DNA of 64,000 nucleotides from Squalus acanthias (GCA_030390025.1 CM059446.1:13950001-14014000); one strand, 5' to 3'; numbered from the stretch's first letter, positions 35,513 through 49,000 are shown. Program-made: numbers and translations. The notes: generated from the letters alone by a model not told the origin.

Positions 35513-37301
35513 CGTTGAGTTTTGAACAGAAACTGGCACGCCAGCTTTGTATCATTATTGGATGGTAAGCTCACCACCTATGTGACAATTGAAATCATCC
35601 CACTTGCCAGGTTGAAATGGCTGATTTCCAATCTTAGTAACAACAGGGTGGATGCAACACATAGACCAGTGAGGAATTGTCTTAACCCAGAATTCTAAAA
35701 ACATTATGGGGGATGGGTAGTCTTATGGAGACAAATATAAAAAAGTATAGCTGACTACCATTGTGCTAAAATTTGAGCCTACAATTATTTATATAAATAA
35801 ATAAAGGTTTTTAGTTTGTTTACACTATCCAACTTGCATTTAAACTTTTTTTTCCCCCGATAAACAACAAATGAGCTTTAATTAATTTATGTTAAGTAGT
35901 CCTATTAAAAACATTGTTAAAACAGAAAGCTTTGACAACAGAAAACAATTAAATGAGACATTTTAATGAAAATTGTCTTACGGTTGATCTAGCTTGTTCC
36001 ATTATCCAGGTAGGACCCGAGTCTTACTATTTCTCACCTTCTTACTACTTCAAACCCATATCTCGAGATTGAATCAGGAATTGATCCACTACCCTTTTGA
36101 ATGCTTCAATTGATACCATTATGTGAGTTTTACTAGGTCACTAGGGATAAACTAACAGTTGTATTAGAGTGTTTTACAATGCTGTAATACAATCTCAGGA
36201 TTTTGATGGCAAGAACGGTAAAAGCATACCTCAAGCCATTTCTGTAGTGAGAAGAATCCCAAGATTGTATTATAAGCACTGTAACATGCCCTAGCACATC
36301 TCTTGTTTTATACACTGCTCTATTTTGGTATTTGGTTACGGTTCTCTGAAGTCTGCCATTGTCCGCCATGACAGTCTTCTGAAGACAGCGGTGGTCGTTT
36401 TGTCATGTGGCATGACAAGCGAGTACAACAAAAGACTAAGTACATACTGCAACAGCAGGGTCAGTGACGCAAGGGCATGTCTGCCCGTCTGCTCTCTTCC
36501 AGTATCAGTCACTATATTAAACAGGATTTTGAGTTGCAATAGTTTTCTGGATAATCAATTTCCAATAAATCTGCAACTAGCTTCATCAATGCTCCAACCA
36601 ATGCACCAGTTTTCTTCCCCCAAATAGACACCCTCATGATAAGTAACTTCTGACTCAAAATTGCATTGTAAATATTTAAGGAAATAAACCATAGTAGCTT
36701 TGATATATTTGTATGAGAACCCATCAAAGAGGCAGACAACATGAATGTTATTAAATCTCCTGGTGTGGTATAATACTTACAATTGGTGCTTGCCAAATGC
36801 TGTCACTCAATTATATTGCAAACAAAGGAATCTAGCATTTAGGAAAACATTCAGGCGACCTGAACAGTATATGATTTTACTTTATGATTGATGATAAAAG
36901 GCTGTAAAAAAAATAAATTTGCACAGTCCTTAGGATGTCCATTAACGGAAAACATTCAGATTAATGTAATTTGTAGCCACTGAAAAAGGGACATGCCACG
37001 CTCTTCTGTTTAAAATAATCAAATACGAATAAATAAATGCTGCGTTATTTCTCTGTAACATGCTGTGAAATAAAACTGGGAAAAAGTACAGTTATGAGTG
37101 ATGTGGTAATGTCACAATCAACTTGCGTCTCTTCATACCGCTGTGTAAACAAGAGCTTTAGATGACTGCTGTGCGGTCTCCAACGCGCTAGCTTTTCAGA
37201 ACTATGTGGTTCCATTCAAAGTGGGGTACAGCACACCTTGGGTTTGATCTCCAGACACTGCTCTTCCAGACCAAGTGTGATTTGCAGAAACAAATCTAAT
37301 C

Positions 37302-37433
37302 TACCTTCACCACATGGACTGCAGCAGTTCAAGGTGACGGCTCACCACCACCTTCTCAAGGGCAATTAGGGATGGGTAATAAATGCTGGCCTTGCCAGCG
37401 ACACCCACATCCCAGGAACAAATATTTTAAAAA
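37302..37433 (+). mobile_element. 3' end of a CR1-group LINE
   Basis: ggactgcagcagttcaaggtgacggctcaccaccaccttctcaagggcaattagggatgggtaataaatgctggccttgccagcgacacccacatccc plus A-rich end. Confidence 0.75.
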
Positions 37434-37457
37434 ATTCCAATATCTCCAAGAGATGTA

Positions 37458-39535
37458 GGGGTAGACATTTTGTGGGCCTGAGAAGCCTTGACAGTGCTTA
37501 CCTAATCACGTGGGTGCAATTAACAGATGCAATTGGTTAGGGGCCCTCATTATCATGAAATAGGCAGGCGGCGACGGTACACCCGCTGTTGATTGGCAGT
37601 TCGCCTAATTGGGAGCTTGAGTATAAGGCGTCCCTGACGATATTTAAAGGCAGCCTGCATCTCGAAACGGAGAGGTGCATTTTGAAGGAAATTTAGGAGA
37701 TGGCAGGCACAAAGCATGGAGGAGTCCAGCTCGAGCTTGGTTGTCCACCAAAGCACTGGGACCATGCAGTCAACCATGGAGTGAGTGGTCAGCTCTATGA
37801 ACACTGCAGTGGGGCCCACAATATGGAACCATAGGTAACAGCTCTGACAGCTTCACTGGGAGCTCAGACTGCTGCCATTGTAGCTCTGGGGACTAGCATC
37901 TCCTCAGCCATGTAATCCATGAAAGAGAGCATGGATTGAGGTGTGGAGAGCATGGATAGGGGCTTCCAGAGCATCACTATACTCCTTCACTCTATTCTCA
38001 CGCAGACCAGAGGCAGTGTAGGGGCGCAACCCCATGACAGTGGCACTGGTTCCATGGCAGAGGTTCATTCTGTCCTCCCTCAGGATGACAATACGCCTTC
38101 TCCTTTGCCACCCTCTGACCCAGTGTCTTTGTTGGTTCCACACAGCCAGCTGGTCCAGACTGCTGTCTAAGCCGGGCCCTCAAGGCCCAAAGCTGCTTCA
38201 GGTCATTCATCGCGGCCATCTGAAGTGCCCTCAGTGGATGCCCAGCAACCTTCCACCTCCCAGGTTTCTGTGATAGGGGAACCAATGCATAGGAGCACTA
38301 GAATAGGGAAATGAGCAAAGGTCAGACACTCATGGATTGCACTAGGTTAATTTCAAGAGAAGGAAAAGTTAAATCCACAACATGCACAACGTGAAGTAAA
38401 GAGGTTTTTTTTGCATTGATGTTGGACTTCATATTCTTAGGTTTGTAAAAGGAAGACCCAGGAGGTAGTAGTGTTGGAGGGTATTCGGAAGGTGGGTGGA
38501 AGACATGGGTCAAATGGTGGGATTGTTGGTCTGTGGGGGAGAGGAGGGTATGCTTAGGAGAGCATGATTAGAATAGGATGCTCTGGAAGCCCTCTAGATG
38601 TTCTCCATGCTCCTAACCATGTTCTCCTTAGTAATTTGTTGCCTTTTAGCTCTGGCACTACTGCTCGACCTTGGTCTTTCCCATCATCCTCCTCTTCATC
38701 TTGTTCCGGCACTTCTTCCTTCTGTGGTAGCTACGTGGGCCCTCTGAATGGCATAGTTGTGTAGCAAACCACTATAGATCTGGGAGACTCACTCGAGGCT
38801 ACATGCACCACTCAACTGGGTTGGTTCAGGCACCAGAACCTTTGTTTTAGGATGCCTACGGTTTGCTCAGTGACAGCTTTGCTATGAGTGTGGCTCTTCT
38901 TGAATCTGCACTAAGTGTCTGAACGCGGGTTCCTGACAGGAGTCATGAGCCAGGTTTAGAGGAGATACTCCTCGTCTCCAAGGAGCCAACCTAACCCCCA
39001 CTGGTCTAGGATGAAGATGGGGGCAGGGGGGGTTGGAATGGGGACTGACGCAGTATGAAGGCATCATAACTGCTGCCAGGAAATCTCTGCCTGTGGTCAT
39101 AGACCAGCTGTACGTTCAGGGAGTGAACCTTCACAGCCACAGGCAGAGCTGTGTGCACCCTGGTATTTGGCTCCACTTCCTGCTGCTCCAGGTGACAAGT
39201 TGGTGATCGCCTGCCTGCTGAAATGCAGCCTCCTGATACTCTGCTCCTCTGTTGTGCTGAGTTAAGATGTGCTGTTCCGGAAGACCCGTATGTTGTAACT
39301 CCTCCTTGGCCCTTGCCTCCTCCACCATCTTCTTTGAGCCTCCACAGATCTGTGCTGCTGTGCTTGCTCCTGCTGCCACCACTGTGGCAGCTTCAATGGC
39401 AATCCCAGCAACATTTCCATCTTTAGTCCGCTCTTCAACACCTCAGTTGTATCTGCCAAAACTCAGCCAAAAGAGGAAGCTTGCTGGGGAGAGGAGCAAG
39501 GCTTTTTGAGATAACGGAGAGAGACTGCATAGGCC
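37458..39535. mobile_element. Decayed PIF/Harbinger transposon
   Basis: Left end GGGGTAGACATTTT. Plus-strand remnant of the second ORF; minus-strand transposase remnant. Right boundary uncertain. Confidence 0.75.
38600..39135 (-). pseudogene. HARBI1-like DDE transposase remnant
   Basis: HSLNVQLVYDH..GWLLGDEEYLL*TWLMTPVRNPRSDT*CRFKKSH..EQTVGILKQRFWCL (DDE_Tnp_4-like motifs with stops). Confidence 0.88.
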
Positions 39536-40545
39536 TGGAAATTAAATATATATATATATTTTTAAAGAATTAAATTGTTTCAGTATGTGAATGTCATGGA
39601 CTAGGTTCGAAAGTGTAATGGGGAGGTATTTAGTGACCTCGCTTTTAATGAGACTCATACTATCTGGATTTTGCCATTATAAAGTCAAATCCAACAAAGT
39701 TCGAGAACAATAATACCTTTTAAACTATGCCTACTTCCACATGTACTAACATAGTATCACAACTCAAACTCTCCTGTGTTAGTACTATGTACCCAGGACT
39801 GGACTTTGATGTGTAGTGGTAGCATCTGGATTAAGTAGATCTATAGTTATTGTTTGGTGAGTCAGCGCCGCACAATACAGCAGTCTGAGCTCCAAGATTC
39901 CCAAAATGAAATGTAAAAAATGAGGTTTTAAAGCTGACGACATGTTTCTCAGTTGGGGCATTGGCAACACAATCTAGAGTAGCCTCAGTACTTGGTAATG
40001 CAATTCAACACAAATGGAACTGTATAAATCTTCAGAACATCCATTATTCACTATAACTATTGTAGAGAAAAGCATCCTACACAATCTCAATTACAATTGA
40101 TAAATAATTTCAATTTAAAAGAAAGTCATGCACCTTTAAGGTACAGAAGATATAACTATTAGTCAAGTATTCCAGTGTTAATTACTGCATTATACTCTTC
40201 ACAGTGAGACTGTATGCATCAAAACTAATCATGACAAATTAGTTGTAGACAATATGGGGTCATTGCCGATTAAAACTAATAACAGAATTGATGTATAGAT
40301 TACTCCAAGCCAGTCATAGCAATACATCTGCAAATGTAACAGCCCCAGAAATGCATAGCTGAAAAAGAGTGGCAATATTAATAACTGAGAAAATTACCTA
40401 TAATTTAGTGGCAACAAAAACTATCGCTGTGTCTTTATTTTAAATAAGTAGTGCTCCTGTGGTATCAAGTTATCTGTTTTTGTTCAGATTTCACCTTTCA
40501 AAGACATTTAACAATTACCTCCACTTTCGCCATGTTTGTTCTTAC

Positions 40546-40633
40546 CTTTGTGATGAGTGCCATCCCGACTTCCTTGAGGTAGTGGGGTATACTGCTGAAC
40601 GCCTGGTGAGTTGGAGCCAAAGTCACTGGAGGC
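40546..40633 (-). CDS. Candidate internal coding exon of an unidentified host gene (88 nt)
   Basis: atctctttaccatgcag|GCCTCCAGT...CACAAAG|gtaaga. Two open frames (ASSDFGSNSPGVQQYTPLPQGSRDGTHHK or PPVTLAPTHQAFSSIPHYLKEVGMALITK). GC-richer than flanks and not repeat-like. Confidence 0.5.
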
Positions 40634-40944
40634 CTGCATGGTAAAGAGATATGTCAATATAATGCCTGAAAGTCAAAGGTAACCAAAAAAAAATCATCTT
40701 TCTCTCTTTATTTGCAGGGAGTATACGTTTGTCAAGCTAAGTTTCTTCAAATAGGAACCTTCCAACATCGTAACCTCACTCAAAGATGCACACAGCAGGG
40801 ACACGTTTCAGCAATGTTGGGTTTCTTCAACATTCTTCATGAAGCTTTATAAAAAAAAGCATGTCGCACAAGTCATAAGTATAGACACTTTGGCATATAG
40901 GTTATAATAGAAGAAAACCAACTTGTTCACTTGTTGAGGTAGAA

Positions 40945-41023
40945 GACCAGCCATGGTCATACTGAATGGCGGAGCAGGCTCGAGGGGCCATATCGCGTAC
41001 GCCTGCTCCTATTTCTTATGTTC
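40945..41023 (+). mobile_element. CR1 3' tail fragment
   Basis: cagccatggtcatactgaatggcggagcaggctcgaggggcc..ctcctatttcttatgttc. Confidence 0.8.
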
Positions 41024-41877
41024 ACTGTTAATATGGTGATTAGAAAATGTTTACACTTCAGTATCTATTCATTTACCCCATACCTGCATTTGCCAACCAC
41101 TTACAAGATAGCCTTCCTACTTTCCAGCCAAAAATCATAAAACAAAGTTGGGGTGAATCAGATACATGAGGGACAACATTAAACCGCACCATAGGCTGTA
41201 CAATAGCAGATGACAGAACTTGAAATAGCTGACCAACTTTACAAGATTTTGAGAAGCCACACAAGAGTTGGCTCTGCATGGGTCATATCACCTCCTCTTG
41301 ATCAAGACTGCCATATGTTCTTAAGCATAGCTTAGGCTGTATGATAATTGCGCTTCTAGCTTCTGCCATCCCATTTCCCTCTCAAACTCTTAAGTCTGTT
41401 GCTCCCTTCTTTCCAATATAAGATTAAGTTTATACTGCTAGCTAACTTTGAATCACTATCCTTGTGACATGTCATCTTGCTAGAGGAAAAGGTACTGATT
41501 TCCATTTATAAGATTAATTTTTTTAAAAGAACACCCGGTCTCTCACTCCCCAATTGTGTTCATGCACAATGCAAAAAACAGTACTAAACTGGAGTAAAAT
41601 CAAATTTCCCATTCTGTGGGACATAACCACATCACTTCCGAGAGACTAGTAAATTTAATTTTAATGCATGTTGTTTCATGCACTGCTGTTACGCTGCACA
41701 AATATAACTGGGGAGCGGAAAACCAGAAATTAAATTATTTTGTTTCTCCTTCAGAAAAGAAATCAGTACCTTTACTTCCAGTAAAGTGACTTGCCTGTGA
41801 GGACAGAGATTCGAAATTACATAGGATTTTAAACATATCCATAGATTAGCAGAGTGGAAGCCAGAGATCAAGAGCAT

Positions 41878-44084
41878 GAGAGGAGGGGAAGACTAGCACT
41901 GGAGAGAGGAGAGTGGAAGACTAGCACTGGAGAGAGGAGAGTGGAAGACTAGCACTGGAGAGAGGAGAGTGGAAGACTACCACTGGAGAGAGGAGAGTGG
42001 AAGACTAGCACTGGAGAGAGGAGGGTGGAAGACTAGCACTGGAGAGAGGAGGGTGGAAGACTAGCACTGGAGAGAGGAGGGTGGAAGACTAACACTGGAG
42101 AGAGGAGAGTGGAAGACTAACACTGGAGAGAGGAGGGTGGAAGACTAACACTGGAGAGAGGAGAGTGGAAGACTAACACTGGAGAGAGGAGAGTGGAAGA
42201 CTAACACTGGAGAGAGGAGAGTGGAAGACTAACACTGGAGAGAGGAGAGTGGAAGACTAACTGGAGAGAGGAGAGTGGAAGACTATCACTGGAGAGAGGA
42301 GAGTGGAAGACTAACACTGGAGAGAGGTGGGTGGAAGACTAGCACTGGAGAGAGGAATGGAAGACTTGCACTGGAGAGAGGAGAGTGGAAGACTATCACT
42401 GGAGAGAGGAGAGTGGAAGACTAACACTGGAGAGAGGAGAGTGGAAGACTAACACTGGAGAGAGGAGAGTGGAAGACTAACACTGGAGAGAGGAGGGTGG
42501 AAGACTAACACTGGAGAGAGGAGGGTGGAAGACTAACACTGGAGAGAGGCGAGGGGAAGACTAACACTGGAGAGAGGAGAGTGGAAGACTAACACTGGAG
42601 AGAGGAGAGTGGAAGACTAACTGGAGAGAGGAGAGTGGAAGACTAACACTGGAGAGAGGAGAGTGGAAGACTAGCACTGGAGAGAGGAGAGTGGAAGACT
42701 AACACTGGAGAGAGGAATGGAAGACTTGCACTGGAGAGAGGAGGGTGGAGACTAGCACTGGAGAGAGGAGAGTGGAAGACTAGCACTGGAGAGAGGAGAG
42801 TGGAAGACTAACACTGGAGAGAGGAATGGAAGACTTGCACTGGAGCGAGGAGGGTGGAGACTAGCACTGGAGAGAGGAGAGTGGAAGACTAACTGGAGAG
42901 AGGAGAGTGGAAGACTAACACCGGAGAGAGGAGAGTGGAAGACTAGCACTGGAGAGAGGAGAGTGGAAGACTGGCACTGGAGAGAGGAAAGTGGAAGACT
43001 AGCACTGGAGAGAGGAGAGTGGAAGACTAATACTGGAGAGAGGAGAGTGGAAGACTAGCCCTGGAGAGAGGAGAGTGGAAGACTAGCACTGGAGAGAGGA
43101 GAGTGGAAGACTAACACTGGGGAGAGGAGAGTGGAAGACTATCACTGGAGAGAGGAATGGAAGACTTGCACTGGAGAGAGGAGAGTGGAAGACTAGCACT
43201 GGAGAGAGGAGAGTGGAAGACTAACACTGGAGAAAGGAGAGTGGAAGTCTATCACTGGAGAGAGGAATGGAAGACTTGCACTGGAGAGAGGAGGGTGGAG
43301 ACTAACACTGGAGAGAGGAGAGTGGAAGACTAACACTGGACAGAGGAATGGAAGACTTGCACTGGAGAGAGGAGGGTGGAGACTAGCACTGGAGAGAGGA
43401 GAGTGGAAGACTAACACTGGAGAGAGGAGAGTGGAAGACTAGCACTGGAGAGAGGAGAGTGGAAGACTAACACTGGAGAGAGGAAGACTATCACTGGAGA
43501 GAGGAGAGTGGAAGACTAGCACTGGAGAGAGGAGAGTGGAAGACTAACACTGGAGAGAGGAGGGTGGAAGACTAGCACTGGGGAGAGGAGAGTGGAAGAC
43601 TAGCACTGGAGAGAGGAATGGAAGACTTGCACTGGAGAGAGGAGGGTGGAGACTAACACTGGAGAGAGGAGAGTGGAAGACTAACACTGGAGAGAGGAAT
43701 GGAAGACTGGCACTGGAGGGAGGAGAGGGGAAGACTAACACTGGAGAGAGGAGAGGGGAAGACTAGCACTGGAGAGAGGGGAGTGGAAGACTAACACTGG
43801 AGAGAGGAGAGTGGAAGACTAGCACTGGAGAGAGGAGAGTGGAAGACTTGCACTGGAGAGAGGAATGGAAGACTAGCACTGGAGAGAGGAATGGAAGACT
43901 AGCACTGGAGAGAGGAGAGTGGAAGACTTGCACTGGAGAGAGGAATGGAAGACTAACACTGGAGAGAGGAATGGAAGACTTACACTGGAGAGAGGAATGG
44001 AAGACTTGCACTGGAGAGAGGAGAGTGGAAGACTAATACTGGAAAGAGGAATGGAAGACTAGCACTGGAGAGAGGAGAGTGGAA
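41878..44084 (+). repeat. Purine-rich minisatellite, 28-bp unit, ~80 copies
   Basis: (CTGGAGAGAGGAGAGTGGAAGACTA[G/A]CA)n with 26- and 27-bp variant units. Confidence 0.98.
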
Positions 44085-45178
44085 AGAGTAAGACTGAACA
44101 GAGGACAGTCAAATCAAGAACAGATAAGAGCAGGGGACCAGGCCAGGAGCAGGTGAGTGTGCTCCCCAGAGTGAGCTGCAGTGTCATTAACCACAATGAC
44201 GTACATATGATACCCCGCTACACCGCCAAAGAGTAATCTAAATTTCTCATCTTATATACAAGTATATATAGTTCATGATCTATACAGGTTAGGTCTCAAA
44301 TTGAAATAATGCCGGTACTACAACTCATATTAACAGGAATCATTGGTGTATCTACAATATAGGTCTCAAAATCATGTAACTAGTTTTCACAAGCCATAGG
44401 CTTATAATCAAGGCTGTTCTCGAGTTGTCAACTTTCTGGGGACTGTGTCAGCTTTTCGAAGCTGTTAGTCAGCTTCTGCTAGATATCTAAATTGACATGG
44501 AAGGTTTAATGAAGCACCTTGAAATGCTTTTGTTCACATTAAAGGAGTTACATAAGCCAAGTTGTTGAACCTATTTCTGTTGTGTTACAAGTCAAAGCTG
44601 CCTTTCCACATACTTGGTATTTATATCAGCAAATATATTCATTTTTGGAACAATACTTAATCAGATTCAAGTGATAATTCAATGTGTTTAGCTCAAGAAT
44701 TAATTAAATTCCCATTTTGATTGCAATTATTTAATTGAGTTTTAACGTATCCAGTTGGAAAATGGAGTTCCAATCTCAGACTTGACTATCATTTGCACTC
44801 ACACTTCTCTCAGAAATGGATTGACTGATCTTCCCTGAAGGTGAGGTATTTATTCCACATTACTGAAATGTGCCAAGTGTGGTGTCGACTAAGGAGCAGT
44901 ACTAATAGCAACCATGGAGATATCTGTGAGTGAGATTATCCCACTTGCCACACATCAAATATCCTCCTCAGATTGCTGAGCACCAATTTTTGGGAAGGAA
45001 GGTGAAGTACATAGGACCAGGAGTCGGCCATTCAGCTCCTCCAGCCTATGAGGAAATACTAACTTGAGTTAGGGATCACTAAATTATTATTTTTTTTTTA
45101 AAGATCGCTTGACTGGTGTGAATACACAAGTGCGTTAATACAGTACAAATACAGTAGAAGCAAATTAAATCTCGCTCT

Positions 45179-45346
45179 TCAACAACAACTTGCATTTATA
45201 TAGCGCCTTTAAAGCAGTAAAAATGTCCCAAACGTTATCCGAGCCACATAAAGAAATATTAGGGCAAAGAGGTAGGTTTCAAGGAGCAACTTAAAGGAGA
45301 AAAGAGAGTTAGAGAAGCAAAGAGGTTTAGGGAGGGAATTCCAAAG
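45179..45346 (-). mobile_element. L2 LINE 3' fragment
   Basis: caacaacaacttgcatttatatagcgccttt..ggtttagggagggaattcca. Confidence 0.8.
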
Positions 45347-45622
45347 TCCCTAACTAGCTGCCAAGTGTTGAAACCCTATTTTACAATCAGCATAGACCTC
45401 AATGAGTATTATTCCACAGGAATATTCACAGAAAAAGTGTAACCGGGCAAAGAATAGAAATAATATGTACCACAAATACTTTTTTTAAATGTTGCGTTAT
45501 GGCAGAAAATATAGTTCTGCACATTTTGCATCATTAAAGGTAATAATTTTTGCAATCTGCTTCACTCTGCAGTGTTAAAAGGCCAGCACACTCAACAGGA
45601 CCATCCTATGGCACAAGGTTTT

Positions 45623-45835
45623 AACAACAACTATTTGCATTTGTATAGAGTATTTAGCATAATAAAATGTCCCAAGGTGCTTCATTTCTGAGAGAAAGGA
45701 CCGAGAGATAGTGGAAGAATTGGCTGAAAGCATGCTTGAAAACATAGGCTTTGAAGAGGCTTTTAAAGACAGGGAGAGATATGGCAAGACAAAGGTTTAG
45801 GGAGGGACTTCCAGAGAGTTGAACCCAGACAGTTG
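45623..45835 (-). mobile_element. L2 LINE 3' fragment, older
   Basis: aacaacaactatttgcatttgtataga..gtcccaaggtgcttca..ggtttagggagggacttccagag. Confidence 0.7.
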
Positions 45836-46279
45836 AGAGCCGGAAACAGGTTGGGCGTCTAGCAATAATCTATTATAGGAGTTTATGGCTGTGCATGTGA
45901 CAACAAAGAAATCTTTTTACTCTGCCTTGCTTCTGTAACATGAGAAGTAGTTTGAAAGGTTCATATTTGGTTTTACAACAGTTAAATAGATTCAATTGGA
46001 TCTGTTTACCTCGATTCTCTTTACTTGTCTAAACTCATTTTTAAGGTTGGAGCAAAATGCTTGGTGGTAATGATTTATGCAAATGTAAACTTACTTTAGT
46101 AACAAATTAAATGGCAAATCTGAATGGACATCTATAGTTGAATTAAAAATGTGCAACATACAAGTGAAAGAACAGCTTTCATGATTCTTTAATCACTAAA
46201 ATAAACAAAAGTGAAATTCAATCCAGCTTATGCAGCCAGTATTAATTTCGTATCAGGAGAGATTTCTTTAAAAGGTCGA

Positions 46280-46363
46280 TGATCAGCCATGATCTTATTG
46301 AATGGCGGAGCAGGCTCGAGGGGCCATATGGCCTACTCCTGCTCTAATTCTTATGTTCTTATG
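46280..46363 (+). mobile_element. CR1 3' tail fragment
   Basis: gatcagccatgatcttattgaatggcggagcaggctcgaggggcc..ttcttatgttcttatgt. Confidence 0.85.
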
Positions 46364-47289
46364 TGAAAGGGATAAGCTTATAGCGCAATTGAAGAGCATT
46401 ATGTTCTCGATTTAGTTCAGGCTAATTTCATATGAATTTGATTTCCCTTCTTTTTCACTGTGTGCAGTATTCTACTGTGAGTTCCTCTCCATATTATTAG
46501 TGGGGGAATTTCCATAGTTAAGTTGGTCCAGTACAGGGCTTTAGGAGTTCTGCATTTTGCCTCATACAGGAGATTCCTTTCCCAATATCTCAGCCTGTCG
46601 AGGATCCTTTTTTTCCTTGCAGACTAGCCTTCCCTTCCTATTACAGGAGAGGTATGGGCTATCACAGTTTAAGCATAGACCTTTGTCTCTCATCCTGTGG
46701 GATACCAGCTGGGCTTAATGTATCTTGTCAAATACCTTGGGTCATCATGGATTATTGGCTCTTGTAGCACAGAAGTCTTCTGTGAATCTGGGACCCTCAC
46801 GCTGAATGGTGGGTGACTTTTTTCTCCCAATGGATTTTTTGCAGTAAATGTTTGTACCATTACTGTTAAAATGATTTCCATTCCAACTTGTTTTAGCTGG
46901 AATTTATTTTCTCCACATAAATGCACTATTTTTGTTCTGCTTGTTATGCTATTTGGATTGTTATTTCCATCTTATCTGCAGAAACAATCACAAATAGTAA
47001 GCAAAACTAAAGCATAAGCTGTTTAATGCATGAACTATATCACCCTTTATTAAATTTTGAAGAAAAGGTCCAGATTGATAGAGTAGTCTTTATGAGCCCT
47101 CCAGACACAAAACTCCTTTGAACCAGCCCAAGTTCTGAATAACAGATCTATAATGTGACACGGAATATTTATTTCCAGCAGCTCTATGATCTACACAAGG
47201 CACTATATAAAAATGTTGCTACAAATGAATTACCAATGCACAAACATGTTTCCTTAATTTGGGATTATGTATGGGTAACATCTGATTAT

Positions 47290-47751
47290 CGCAGATCCAT
47301 CTCCAGCGCACCAAAAACGCCTAAAAAATCTCCAGACGATTTTCAGGTGTCCGGAGCAGCCACCCAAGTCAGACATTAGGCCCCTAATGCGCAGCCTAAC
47401 ACCTGTTTTAGGACCCCCTCAGGGAAATTGGGCTACTCTGAGCGGAGAAGGCATCGGGCCTGCTCCGCTCAAGTTTTCCAGGTGTGAATGTGGCCTAGCA
47501 AGCGGCCACCACCATGATGGAACGTTTACATTATTTTTTGAACCTGAGGGCCACGGCTGGTGAGGCAAGTGGCCTGAAATCCATTTTCTGAAATGGGTAA
47601 GCTGCCTGCTTAGCGGGCAATTCGCCGGTCATTTTGAAATGAGGCCTAAGTCCAATCTCCGGCTGGCCTTGGGCTTTCCCAGTTGAGGCGCGCGCTGCCT
47701 GCGCAGCACTGATTCTGGGCCCAAGAACGGGCCTAGATTAAATTTCTACCC
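47290..47751. mobile_element. Harbinger-like MITE
   Basis: CpG-rich block ending AAATTTCTACCCC (rc GGGGTAGAAATTT, similar to the left end of the 37458 element). Left TIR not evident. Confidence 0.5.
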
Positions 47752-48835
47752 CACAGAATTGCCAACTGCCCTCTTGTGAAGTGGAGATCAGTGCTTCCAG
47801 CCCCCCGTTCGCTCGTGGCTGAAAAGTCAGCTGTTTTTTTGGGGGGGGGCTGGTTGAAATCACCCCATAATCCTGCACTGTGGAGCTCTTCCACTGGGGG
47901 CCCACGGGGGGGGCAGGTATGTACATAACCGATCAGCATCAGCAACACGAGTACTGCTCCTCAGTATCATTCATCCAGCACAGCTGCAGTGGCATAACTC
48001 TCGTCAGCAGTTTATGTCTAACAACCTCATAAGAGGCAAGGTTTGTACTTATAATGGGAATAACCCAATCATGTGTGAAAGCTGAGAGCTGTACTGCTGA
48101 TCACAAATCACAAGGGTCTCGAAAATTCTACTTCTTTAGAGTTTTGTCCTTCAACCAAACAGCAGAGTGCAAGCAGACATTAACCCGAAACAGGAATGGT
48201 ATTCATGATCCTGAAAACTGTAATGCTGCTGAATAAAAGTCTTTGGGGAAATAATGCCATTTTTGGGATGTTACTTTTCAAGGAAAGACACAACCTACCA
48301 TTTTAAGTGATCAAGTTTTAAACTCAGCTCTAACTAATATATACCAAGAAACTATTGTTGGGGTATAAACAATCGCATGGCATTCCTTTGCCTGCTGTTT
48401 TAGTGGAGACGTAATCTATTTATTTTAAATGGACTAATGCCTGTGTTAAAACAACAGACAGGGGAACGTCAGACGATTGTTGATACCCCGCTCGTGGGTG
48501 CATCCTGGGAGGCCAGAGTCAATTCCCTGTGTGGGAATTCCCTCCACTCAGCTCTACCTGTCTATAGATCCAACATTTCTGGGTCCCGCCAGAATCCTCA
48601 CCTCTCTTGGGCCTCCTGCACCCAACTTGCACGGCACAACCACCAGAGGCGCCGAGGAGTTTTGGTCCCTGTGTCCTCAATGTGAAGTAAACTTGACACT
48701 TTTCCCAACATCTTCTCACGGTACTGCTGCCTTTCTAACACCGCACCAGGGCAGCTCGGTGCCAGTTCTCCACAGAGAGGGGTAACAGTTCAATCCAGCA
48801 AGATGCGAACAGCCACTGAGTGCAGCCCTCGACCA

Positions 48836-49000
48836 CTCTCAAAAGGGAATTGGACAAGTACCTGAAGGAAAAAAATCTGCAGGGCTACGGGGAAAGGGCG
48901 GGTGAGTGGGACGAGCTGAAGTGCTCTTACAGAGAGCCGGCACGGGCTCGACAGGCCGAACGGCCTCCTTCTGTGCTGTAACCATTCTATGATTCTATTC
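48836..49000 (+). mobile_element. CR1 LINE 3' end
   Basis: aaaagggaattggacaagtacctgaagg..ggccgaacggcctccttctgtgctgtaaccattctatgattctattc. Confidence 0.85.

Noticed and set aside
36376-36420. Nested short palindromes (CATGACA/TGTCATG, GTCTTC/GAAGAC)
   Set aside because: Stems of 6-8 bp are within chance expectation for 64 kb.
38600-39135. Host HARBI1 gene
   Set aside because: Multiple stops and frameshifts in a transposon context; a relic, so no gene symbol assigned.
41878-44084. CRISPR-like or coding repeat (several ORFs called)
   Set aside because: Head-to-tail units with no unique spacers in eukaryotic DNA; the ORFs are repeat artefacts.
48640-48653. CTCF-like CCACCAGAGGCGCC
   Set aside because: One G short of the CCACCAGAGGGCGC spacing; weak on its own.
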